Part shown: positions 8,038 through 15,021 of the stretch, in pieces | Position numbering within the stretch: position 1 is the first letter of the stretch | Layout: every line of letters starts with the position of its first letter | NCBI GenBank assembly: GCA_036523465.1 | Contig: DATDEG010000318.1 | Span: 1-35,631 of the forward strand | DNA from: a bacterium | Lineage (GTDB): Bacteria; Sysuimicrobiota; Sysuimicrobiia; Sysuimicrobiales; Kaftiobacteriaceae | Reading direction: 5' to 3' | DNA length: 35,631 nucleotides | Made by a program: the position numbers and the translations under genes | Notes under the pieces: model-generated | What the model was told of the DNA's origin: nothing | The model's input: only the letters and a program-made list of their open reading frames with translations | Database searches by the model: none

Positions 8038-9159
8038 ATGAAGACGAGAGCCCGGATCTCTATTGCGAAGCCGTTGATCGACGACGAGGACAAGCGCGCT
8101 GTCGTGGAGGTTCTCGACTCCGGGCGGCTGGTCGCGGGGCCGCGCGTGCACGCTTTCGAGGAGGCGTTTGCCCGCTACCTCGGGGTCCCGCATGCGGTGG
8201 CCACCTCATCGGGCACGACAGCCCTGCAGGTGGCCCTCGAGGCGTTGGGCATCGGCGCCGGCGATCAGGTGATCACGACCCCATTTACGTTTGTGGCCAC
8301 GAGCAACGCCATACTTCACGCCGGCGCGCGCCCGATCTTCGTGGACGTTGACCCCGTCACGTACACCATCGATCCCAACCAGGTCGAGGACGTCATCCGT
8401 CGCGAGCAGGTCCGCGCGATCCTCTGCGTGCACCTCTACGGCCTGGCCGCGCACCTCGACGCGCTGGAGGCGATCGCCGCGCGGGCCGGCGTGCTCCTCA
8501 TCGAAGACGCGGCGCAGGCGCACGGAGCTGCCGTGGGAGCGCGAAAGGCCGGGACGGTGGGCGCCGCGGCCATCTTCAGCTTCTACCCCTCCAAGAACAT
8601 GACGACGGGTGAGGGGGGCATGCTTGTCACCGGGGATGAGGGGGTGGCCCACCGGAGCGCGGTGCTCGTCAATGTCGGACAGAATGGCGCCGATGAGTAC
8701 CTCTACGAGCGCATCGGCTACAACTACCGGATGACCGAGATCGCCGCCGCCTTAGGGCTGGGGCAGCTCGACCGCCTCGACCGGTACAACGCGATCCGCC
8801 GGCGGAACGCCGCGAGGCTGACGGACGCTCTGGCCGGACTGGATTGGCTGGCTCCTCCGGTCGAGCCGGACGGGCATCATCATGTTTACAACCAGTACAC
8901 CTTGCGGGTACTCAGCGACCGCGACGGCCTGGCCCGCTTTCTCAATACCCAGGGGATCGGCACACGGGTCTACTACCCGCACCTCATTCCGCTCTCTCCG
9001 GCGTACCGGAAGCTGGGCTTCGCCGGACGGTATCCTCACGCGGAGATGCTCACCCGCCAGGTCCTCTCGCTTCCGGTGCACCCCGGACTCACGGCCGACG
9101 ACCTGGCTTGGATCATCGAATCGGTCACGCAGTTCGGGCGTGACGGGGGCCGGAGCTAG
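8038..9159 (+). CDS. DegT/DnrJ/EryC1/StrS-family PLP-dependent sugar aminotransferase
   Basis: 373 aa. Family-typical blocks are present: SSGTTALQVAL, TPFTFVATSNA, DAAQAHGA, and the catalytic-lysine motif FSFYPSKNMTTGEGG. Confidence 0.9.
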   Translation: MKTRARISIAKPLIDDEDKRAVVEVLDSGRLVAGPRVHAFEEAFARYLGVPHAVATSSGTTALQVALEALGIGAGDQVITTPFTFVATSNAILHAGARPIFVDVDPVTYTIDPNQVEDVIRREQVRAILCVHLYGLAAHLDALEAIAARAGVLLIEDAAQAHGAAVGARKAGTVGAAAIFSFYPSKNMTTGEGGMLVTGDEGVAHRSAVLVNVGQNGADEYLYERIGYNYRMTEIAAALGLGQLDRLDRYNAIRRRNAARLTDALAGLDWLAPPVEPDGHHHVYNQYTLRVLSDRDGLARFLNTQGIGTRVYYPHLIPLSPAYRKLGFAGRYPHAEMLTRQVLSLPVHPGLTADDLAWIIESVTQFGRDGGRS

Positions 9160-9166
9160 AGGCGCC

Positions 9167-10099
9167 GTGCCCCCACCGCTTCGGGTCGGCGTCGTCGGGC
9201 TCGGGCAGTGGGGCCGGCACCACGCCCGGATCTGCGCTAGCCTCACCGATGTCGAGCTCACCGGGGTCGTCGACCGGAACCGGACCGAACTCCGCGGCGT
9301 CGTCAACCGTTACCACACCAGCGGGTACACCGACCACCGGGAGCTGATCGGGAAGGTCGACGCTGTAAGTATCGCCGTCCCGACCGCCCTCCACCACGCG
9401 GTGGCTCGCGACTTCCTCCACGCCGGCATTCACGTTCTGGTGGAGAAGCCTATTACCACGACGGTAGAGGAAGCGGAAGAGCTCGTCGCGCTCGCCGAGC
9501 GCGCTGAGGTCACCCTGCTCGTCGGGCACGTCGAGCGGTTCAAACCCGCCGTCCGGCGTCTCATCGAGCTCGGCAAGAACCCGCTGTTCATCCAGACGCG
9601 GCGCGTTCGGCCGTTCGACCGCACGCGCGTCATGGACGTCGGGGTCGTGATGGATCTGATGATCCACGACATCGACGTCGTGCTCTCGATCGCCCGCGGG
9701 CGGGTCGCCGACGTGGGGGGACTGGGCGTGCACATCCACAACTCCCATGAGGACCTCGCCGTCGCCCACCTCACGTTCAGCGGGGGCTGTACCGCCTGGC
9801 TCCTCGCCAGCCGGGTGTCCGCCGACAAGGTGGCCGAGATCGAAGTGACGACGGCAGACCGCGCCGTGCGGCTGGACTACCACAAGCAGCAGATCGCGCT
9901 ATATCCGTTCGGAGGCGAAGTGGAACAGATGGCCATCCGCGGGGACGAGCCGCTGCGCGTCGAGCTGGCGCATTTCATGAACTGCGTGCGCGGCCGCGAA
10001 AGTCCCCTGGTCACGGGTGCGGACGGCCTCCGGTCGCTGGAGGTGGCCCACCGGCTGCTCGAGGTTATGTCCGTCGTCTCGTCGCCCGTTAGCGTCTAG
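9167..10099 (+). CDS. Gfo/Idh/MocA-family NAD(P)-dependent sugar oxidoreductase
   Basis: The track ORF 8882..10099 is trimmed to the in-frame GTG at 9167, just after the DegT stop. Rossmann motif VGVVGLGQWG, and the EKP motif in VLVEKPIT. Confidence 0.85.
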   Translation: MPPPLRVGVVGLGQWGRHHARICASLTDVELTGVVDRNRTELRGVVNRYHTSGYTDHRELIGKVDAVSIAVPTALHHAVARDFLHAGIHVLVEKPITTTVEEAEELVALAERAEVTLLVGHVERFKPAVRRLIELGKNPLFIQTRRVRPFDRTRVMDVGVVMDLMIHDIDVVLSIARGRVADVGGLGVHIHNSHEDLAVAHLTFSGGCTAWLLASRVSADKVAEIEVTTADRAVRLDYHKQQIALYPFGGEVEQMAIRGDEPLRVELAHFMNCVRGRESPLVTGADGLRSLEVAHRLLEVMSVVSSPVSV

Positions 10100-10125
10100 G
10101 CCCAGGCGGTAGTTGGGCTGGTCGT

Positions 10126-10524
10126 ATGTGGCAGAGGCTCGACGTTTCCTCGTCCCGCCGCGTCGAGATCGTCGACATCACGCCGGAGGTCACGGCGGTC
10201 TGCGAACGGACCTCCGTCCGTGACGGCCTCCTGGTGATCGTGTGCGCGCACACGACCGCCGGACTGATCGTCAATGAAGCCGAACCGCACCTACTCGACG
10301 ACCTCCGCGCCTGGCTGGAGCGCGCCGTACCCCACGCCGGTCCGTACGCGCACAACCGCACCGACGACAATGCCGACGCGCACCTTCGGGCCATTCTGCT
10401 TGGACACAGTGTCTGTCTGGTCGTGGAGAGCGGGGGGCCCGTGCTCGGGACGTGGCAGCGGATCCTGATGGTCGAGCTCGACGGGCCGCGGCGGCGAACG
10501 CTGCGGGTCGGGGTGTGGTCCTAA
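10126..10524 (+). CDS. yjbQ: YjbQ/UPF0047 family protein (secondary thiamine-phosphate synthase enzyme family)
   Basis: 132 aa. Characteristic blocks HTTAGLIVNE, DNADAHLRA and LGTWQRI. Confidence 0.85.
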   Translation: MWQRLDVSSSRRVEIVDITPEVTAVCERTSVRDGLLVIVCAHTTAGLIVNEAEPHLLDDLRAWLERAVPHAGPYAHNRTDDNADAHLRAILLGHSVCLVVESGGPVLGTWQRILMVELDGPRRRTLRVGVWS

Positions 10525-10573
10525 GGATCTACCCTTCGTGGGAACTGAGGGGGGACGCAGGCGCAGCGTTCCT

Positions 10574-10822
10574 TCAGACGCTCCCCGCCGCGGACATGAC
10601 GACCGCGCAGGTGTTCACCTTGGTTACGCCTTCGATGCGCTGGACCGCGGATGCCACCGCCGGGAAACCCTTCGTACTCTCCAGTTCGACGAGGGCGATG
10701 ACGTCGAACTCCCCCATCGTCACGTAGGCCTCTCTGACACCATCGATCTTGCGCACCTCGCGCGCGACCGCTGCGGGCGTGCTGCGGTCGAGCGAGATGA
10801 GGAGAAATGCGGTTTCGGTCAT
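10574..10822 (-). CDS. stand-alone Lrp/AsnC ligand-binding (RAM) domain protein
   Basis: The track ORF 10574..10969 is trimmed to the internal ATG at 10822. The 82-aa product is MTETAFLLISLDRSTPAAVAREVRKIDGVREAYVTMGEFDVIALVELES..., which is the RAM-domain pattern. No HTH is present. Confidence 0.7.
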   Translation of the reverse strand: MTETAFLLISLDRSTPAAVAREVRKIDGVREAYVTMGEFDVIALVELESTKGFPAVASAVQRIEGVTKVNTCAVVMSAAGSV

Positions 10823-10840
10823 GGAATCAGGGATTCCATG

Positions 10841-10869
10841 TTGACAGAAGGAACGCCTGTTCCTACGAT
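10841..10869 (+). promoter_or_regulatory. sigma-70-like promoter TTGACA-17 nt-TACGAT for the FMN-riboswitch operon
   Basis: Read directly: TTGACA 10841-10846 and TACGAT 10864-10869. It is positioned ~25 nt upstream of the riboswitch P1 helix. Confidence 0.5.
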
Positions 10870-10892
10870 AGCGACCAGCAGGACCGATGGCC

Positions 10893-11040
10893 CGCAGTCC
10901 TCTGGGGCAGGGTGCGACGGCCGCAGGGCCGTCAATTCCCGATCGGCGGTGACAGCCCGTGAGGTCCACGCTGTGGCGTGGATCATGGCCCGGCGGAATT
11001 CCGGGGTCGACGGTACAGTCCGTATGAGATGAGGACGGCG
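10893..11040 (+). promoter_or_regulatory. FMN riboswitch (RFN element) aptamer
   Basis: The conserved RFN blocks occur in order: GGGGCAGGGUG, AAUUCCCGAUCGGCGGU, AGCCCGUGA, a GCGUGGAUC hairpin, GGCGGAAUUCC, and GUCGACGGUACAGUCCGUAUGAGAUGAGGAC. P1 pairs 10893-10902 with 11031-11040 (one mismatch). It lies upstream of a riboflavin-type ECF S-component. Confidence 0.8.
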
Positions 11041-11065
11041 GAATTAGGCGCCTGAGCGCCCCTAG

Positions 11066-11098
11066 GACGCCCGGATCGGGCGTCTTTCCTTTTTCTCC
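11066..11098 (+). terminator. intrinsic terminator forming the FMN riboswitch expression platform
   Basis: GACGCCCG-GAT-CGGGCGTC followed by TTTCCTTTTTCT. It lies 33 nt before the start codon at 11131. Confidence 0.7.
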
Positions 11099-11130
11099 CC
11101 GACCGGGACGCCATCATCAGGAGGTCGATC

Positions 11131-11649
11131 ATGAGGCCACGGGATCTCGCAGCGGCAGCGGTGTTCATCGCCCTGACGTTTGTCGTCACACGCTTCACGG
11201 TCATCCCCATCCCCGCGACGAAAGGGTACTTCAACTTGGGCGAGGTGGTGATCTACATCGCCGCGCTCGTATTCGGCCCGGTGGTCGGCGCCCTCGCCGG
11301 CGGCCTCGGCGCGGCGCTGGCTGACTATTTGGCCGCGCCGCAATTTGCCCCGTTCACGCTCGTCATCAAAGGAATCGAAGGGTTGCTGGTTGGACTACTC
11401 GCCGGCACGACAACGGCGTCGCGTCTGCGCGCGCTGCTCGTTGGGGGTCTCTGGCTGGTCGCCGGATACTTCGGTGCTGAGGTCCTCTTTGCCGGTCCGC
11501 TCGGTATCGCGCCCACGCCTGCCGCGGCGGTCGCCGCGGCGTCGACGGAAGTGCCGTTCAACGTCATCCAGGCGGTGGTCGGAATCCTCGTCGCGTTGGC
11601 GGTCGCAGCCCGTCTCCGCGCGCTGGCTCCCCAGCGGCTTCGTCCATGA
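11131..11649 (+). CDS. ribU: ECF transporter S-component, riboflavin-type (RibU-like)
   Basis: 172-aa polytopic protein. The motif GYFNLGEVVIYIAALVFGPVVGALAGGLGAALADYL...FTLVIKGIEG is typical of the ECF-type riboflavin S-component family. RBS CAGGAGG. It sits directly downstream of the FMN riboswitch. The symbol rests on that context. Confidence 0.7.
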   Translation: MRPRDLAAAAVFIALTFVVTRFTVIPIPATKGYFNLGEVVIYIAALVFGPVVGALAGGLGAALADYLAAPQFAPFTLVIKGIEGLLVGLLAGTTTASRLRALLVGGLWLVAGYFGAEVLFAGPLGIAPTPAAAVAAASTEVPFNVIQAVVGILVALAVAARLRALAPQRLRP

Positions 11650-12641
11650 GGGCGGGGAAGGTCTCTGCTGAGCTGCTCCAGCGGCTCGTCTATCCGCATC
11701 TCGGCCACCGGCCTGACGTGCTGGTCCACGCGCACCTCGGCCTGGATTGCGCAGCGATCGATTTCGGCGAGTGGACCGCGGTGTTGACGACCGATCCGAT
11801 CACGGGGGCGGGACGGCATCTAGGCCGCTATGCGGTTCACGTCGCGTGCAACGACCTGGCTACGACCGGGGCCGAGCCCGTGGCGCTGCTCCTCACCTTG
11901 CTGCTGCAGGAAGGATCGGCCCCCGATGACGTCGAGGTGATCATGCGGGAAGCGGGAGCGGCGGCCGCGGGACTGAAGGTGGAGATTGTCGGCGGCCACA
12001 CGGAAGTGACGCCCGGTATCGATCACAACATCGCGGTCATGACCGCGCTCGGCCGTGCCCGGAAAGGTACATTGATCTCTGCTGCCGGCGGGCGACCCGG
12101 TGACGCAGTTCTCTTGACGAAGACCGCCGGGCTGGAGGGTACCGCTATCCTGGCGATCGATCTGGATGAAGACTTGCGCACCCGGCTGGACGGCGCCGTG
12201 GTCGAGCGGGCCCGGGCGTTCCTGGACCGGATCAGCGTCGTGCCCGAAGGGATGGCCGCCGCGCGGGCGGGAGCGTCCGCGATGCACGACGTCACCGAAG
12301 GGGGAGTTCTGGGCGGCGCCTGGGAACTCGCGGAGGCCTCGGGGATCGGCATCGAGCTCCGGGCTGAGGCGATCCCAATCGCCCCGGAAACGCAGGCGAT
12401 CTGCGCTGTCCTCAGGCTCGATCCGCTGCGCCTGATCAGCAGCGGCGCGATGTTGATCGCCGCCCCTGATTCGGCGGCGGTGCTGGGTGCGCTGGCCGAC
12501 GCGCGGATCCCCGCCGCTGTGATCGGCACGATGACGGCGCAGTCACGGCTCCTGCGTCGCGGCGGGCAGGTGGAAGCGCTGCAGCCGCCCGAACGCGACG
12601 AGTTGTGGCGTGCCCTCGCCGCCCGGCCGGCAGTCTCCTAG
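11646..12641 (+). CDS. AIR synthase-related protein (PurM/ThiL/HypE/SelD superfamily), function unknown
   Basis: 331 aa. HypE-like N-terminus GKVSAELLQRLV..., then LDCAAIDF...LTTDP...ACNDLATTGAEP...VGGHTEV and an AIRS_C-like C-terminal half. It lacks the C-terminal Cys motif of HypE. ATGA overlap with the ribU-like gene. Confidence 0.8.
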   Translation: MRAGKVSAELLQRLVYPHLGHRPDVLVHAHLGLDCAAIDFGEWTAVLTTDPITGAGRHLGRYAVHVACNDLATTGAEPVALLLTLLLQEGSAPDDVEVIMREAGAAAAGLKVEIVGGHTEVTPGIDHNIAVMTALGRARKGTLISAAGGRPGDAVLLTKTAGLEGTAILAIDLDEDLRTRLDGAVVERARAFLDRISVVPEGMAAARAGASAMHDVTEGGVLGGAWELAEASGIGIELRAEAIPIAPETQAICAVLRLDPLRLISSGAMLIAAPDSAAVLGALADARIPAAVIGTMTAQSRLLRRGGQVEALQPPERDELWRALAARPAVS

Positions 12642-12652
12642 GTGCGAAGTCG

Positions 12653-12682
12653 TTGCGCGGCGGGGCGGCGCTCGGGTAGGAT
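12653..12682 (+). promoter_or_regulatory. possible promoter TTGCGC-18 nt-TAGGAT upstream of the TPP riboswitch
   Basis: Read directly. The match to consensus is weak, and only the position fits. Confidence 0.25.
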
Positions 12683-12699
12683 GAGTACGTACGAAACCG

Positions 12700-12810
12700 C
12701 ATAGCAAGACAGGGGGAGCTCGGGAGAGCCGGGCTGAGAGTGCGACCGGACCGTCGCAGACCCGTTGGACCCGATCCAGGTAATGCTGGCGTGGGGACGC
12801 TTGGGAGGTC
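12700..12810 (+). promoter_or_regulatory. TPP (THI-box) riboswitch
   Basis: GGGGGAGC...GGGCUGAGAG...ACCCGUUGGACCCGAUCCAGGUAAUGCUGGCGUGGGGAC matches the conserved TPP aptamer core (GGGGUGC / CUGAGA / ACCUGAUCUGGAUAAUGCCAGCGUAGGGA). It lies upstream of thiT. Confidence 0.85.
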
Positions 12811-12889
12811 CAGGGCCGCCGGCGCCGATCGGGCGCGGCGGCTCGTCGCGTCTGTGGAGAAGTTATCGAAGGAGAGAGGGGACAGAGAG

Positions 12890-13438
12890 ATGGCCGTTAT
12901 CGCTGGCCGGGAGGGCTTGAGCAATCCGAGGACGATCGCCGAGATCGCCGTCGCCATCGCGCTGGCATCGGTCCTCCATCTCATCAAGCTCTGGGAGATG
13001 CCGCAGGGCGGATCGATCACCTTGGGCACGATGGTGCCCTTGTTCGTGCTCGCACTGCGCCGGGGACCCTTTGTGGGGATGATGGCGGGGGGGCTGTACG
13101 GGATCTTCGAGGGATGGATACTCAGCGGCGGCCGGTTCTTCGTCCACCCGGTCCAGGTGATCTTGGACTATCCACTGGCCTTCGCGCTCCTGGGGCTCGC
13201 CGGGTTCTTCCCCCGCTATCCCGCCTTTGGCGTCACGCTCGCCGCCGTGGCCAGGTATCTTGCGCACGTCGTCTCGGGCGCGGTGTTCTTCGCGCAGTAC
13301 GCACCGAAGGGACAGCCGATCTGGCTGTACTCGCTTGGCTACAACATCACATTCCTCGGTCCCGACTTTGCTCTGGCCATCGTCCTGACACTCCTGGTCT
13401 GGGAGCGGCTCTCGAGGATGTCCGCTCAGACGGCGTAG
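12890..13438 (+). CDS. thiT: energy-coupling-factor thiamine transporter S-component ThiT
   Basis: The track ORF is trimmed to ATG 12890, after the GAAGGAGAGAGGGG RBS. Blocks LRRGP, ILDYPLAF, FFAQYAPKG and YSLGYN match the ThiT (YuaJ) family. It lies downstream of the TPP riboswitch. Confidence 0.8.
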   Translation: MAVIAGREGLSNPRTIAEIAVAIALASVLHLIKLWEMPQGGSITLGTMVPLFVLALRRGPFVGMMAGGLYGIFEGWILSGGRFFVHPVQVILDYPLAFALLGLAGFFPRYPAFGVTLAAVARYLAHVVSGAVFFAQYAPKGQPIWLYSLGYNITFLGPDFALAIVLTLLVWERLSRMSAQTA

Positions 13439-13440
13439 CC

Positions 13441-14124
13441 TTGCGGCATTCCACCGTCATTCGGACCGCGGCGATCATCGCCGGCGGCCGCCTGCGGGCC
13501 TTCTCGGACCTCGGCGCGCTGCTGCGCGGCGTAGATCTGCTCATCTGCGCTGATGGCGGACTCCGCGCGGCCCGGTCGCTCCGGATCCGCCCCCACGTCG
13601 CGATTGGCGACTTCGATTCCGCGTCACCCGCGCTCTTGCGGTGGGCCGCCCGGTCCGGAACCCGCATCATCACTCATCCCACGGAGAAGGACAAGACGGA
13701 TACGGAGCTTGCCCTGGACTTCGCCGCGGCGGCGGGAGCGCGCACGGTCGACTTTCTGGGCGCACTCGGCGGGCGCCTCGACCACGAGCTGGCGAACGTT
13801 GCCCTGCTGCTCCGGGCGAAGACGGCGGGAGTCACGATGCGCATCAGGGACGGCGGCACGATGGGCTGCCTCGCCGCGCGTCGCACCGCGCTCTCAGCCC
13901 GGATCGGAGATGTGGTCTCCCTTCTTCCGCTGTCCCGCCGTGTGACAGGTGTCTCTACGTCCGGGCTACGATATCCTCTGCACCGGGCCACGCTATCCGA
14001 GGGGAGCACGCTGGGAGTGAGCAATGTCGTCACCGCATCTCGCCCCGTGATCCGGGTGGGGACCGGCGACCTCCTCATCATCGTCTCCGCCGCTGCGGGA
14101 ACAGGGCGGAAACTCCGTTCGTAG
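13441..14124 (+). CDS. thiN: thiamine pyrophosphokinase
   Basis: The track ORF 13114..14124 is trimmed to TTG 13441, right after the thiT stop. TPK blocks are present: AAIIAGG, LLICADGG, AIGDFDS, EKDKTDTELAL, GALGGRLDHELAN, and a C-terminal thiamine-binding domain. Confidence 0.8.
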   Translation: MRHSTVIRTAAIIAGGRLRAFSDLGALLRGVDLLICADGGLRAARSLRIRPHVAIGDFDSASPALLRWAARSGTRIITHPTEKDKTDTELALDFAAAAGARTVDFLGALGGRLDHELANVALLLRAKTAGVTMRIRDGGTMGCLAARRTALSARIGDVVSLLPLSRRVTGVSTSGLRYPLHRATLSEGSTLGVSNVVTASRPVIRVGTGDLLIIVSAAAGTGRKLRS

Positions 14125-14126
14125 GT

Positions 14127-15011
14127 GTGGTTGTGCAGGACTACTGGATCCGCTCCGTCACCGGCGACGGCACGGTCCGCGCCGTCGCAGCCGTGACCAC
14201 CCACGCCGTGGACCAGGCGCGGCGTCGTCACGCCACAGCCCCAACCGCCACCGCCGCCCTCGGCCGGACGCTCACCGCCGCCGGATTGCTCGGGTCGACC
14301 TTGAAGGACCGCCAGACGGTCATGGTCCGGGTACTCGGAGATGGCCCGCTCGGCGGTGCGCTGGCGATGAGCGATGCGTCAGGGGGCATCCGCGGATACG
14401 TCATGAACCCGGACGTCCATCTCCCGCTGACCCCCACGGGGAAGCTGGACGTTGGTGCCGCGGTGGGACGCGGGACCCTCCACGTCACGACGGACGTGGG
14501 GCTGAGAGTGCCCTATCACGGCAGCGTACCGCTGGTGTCCGGGGAGATCGGCGAAGACCTCGCATCCTACCTCGTGAGTTCGCAGCAGGTGCCGTCTGTG
14601 GTCGCGCTGGGTGTGCTGGTCTCGCCCGACGAGCGCGTCCTCGCTGCCGGCGGCCTCATCGTGCAGGTGCTCCCCGGGGCAGACGAGGGTGTGACGGACT
14701 ACCTGGACAGGCGTGCCCGTCTGCTTCCCACCGTCACCTCGCTGATCAGCAGCGGACGGACGCCGGAAGAGATCGTGGAGGAGGCGCTCGGCGAGCTATC
14801 CTGCCGTATTGTCGCGCGGCATCCGGTCCGCTTCCGGTGCCGATGCACGACCCAAAAGGTCCGGGACGTCCTCGTGGCGCTTGGGGAGCAAGAGATGCGC
14901 GCTCTGCTGGAGGAGCGAGGAAGCATCGAAGTCCGGTGCAACTTCTGCGGACGGCGCTACGAGTTCGGTGAAGATGATGTGGATGCCATATTTGCCAGGG
15001 ATAGGGGATAG
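14127..15011 (+). CDS. hslO: redox-regulated chaperone Hsp33
   Basis: The 456-aa track ORF is trimmed to GTG 14127. Blocks TATAALGRTLTAAGLL and VPSVVALGVLV, plus the C-terminal zinc centre CRC...CNFCG. Confidence 0.9.
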   Translation: MVVQDYWIRSVTGDGTVRAVAAVTTHAVDQARRRHATAPTATAALGRTLTAAGLLGSTLKDRQTVMVRVLGDGPLGGALAMSDASGGIRGYVMNPDVHLPLTPTGKLDVGAAVGRGTLHVTTDVGLRVPYHGSVPLVSGEIGEDLASYLVSSQQVPSVVALGVLVSPDERVLAAGGLIVQVLPGADEGVTDYLDRRARLLPTVTSLISSGRTPEEIVEEALGELSCRIVARHPVRFRCRCTTQKVRDVLVALGEQEMRALLEERGSIEVRCNFCGRRYEFGEDDVDAIFARDRG

Positions 15012-15021
15012 GCAGAAATTC

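Noticed and set aside
10538-10590. Possible third copy of the palindromic element (GGGAACTGAGGGGGGACGCAGGCGCAGCGTTCC...GACGCTCCCC)
   Set aside because: It shares only short G-runs with copies A and B. The stem, loop and flank do not align, and most of it lies inside or at the end of the RAM-domain gene.
10893-11040. Reading the ribU leader as a cobalamin or SAM-I riboswitch (GGUGCGA...AAUUCC and AGUCCG...GAUGAG resemble pieces of both)
   Set aside because: There is no B12 box (AGYCMGGAGACCKGCC-like) and no SAM-I GAGGGA/GGCCC core. The full ordered set of blocks matches the FMN/RFN element much better, and the downstream gene is a riboflavin-type S-component.
11646-12641. Calling the PurM-like gene hypE or thiL
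   Set aside because: It lacks the C-terminal Cys-containing tail of HypE, and no hydrogenase genes are nearby. It also lacks the ThiL-specific blocks, and it is controlled by an FMN riboswitch, not a TPP one. I therefore keep it as an AIR synthase-related protein of unknown function.
13641-15011. Long N-terminal extensions suggested by the ORF track: hslO from 13641, Gfo oxidoreductase from 8882, recG from 15062, DinB2 from 31081, paaA from 30153, thiT from 12740, thiN from 13114, rpmB to 15393, RAM protein to 10969, and permease 2 from 3996
   Set aside because: The extensions overlap upstream genes or riboswitches and translate to R/P/G-rich junk. Family N-termini and RBS or overlap signals support the internal starts given in the feature list.
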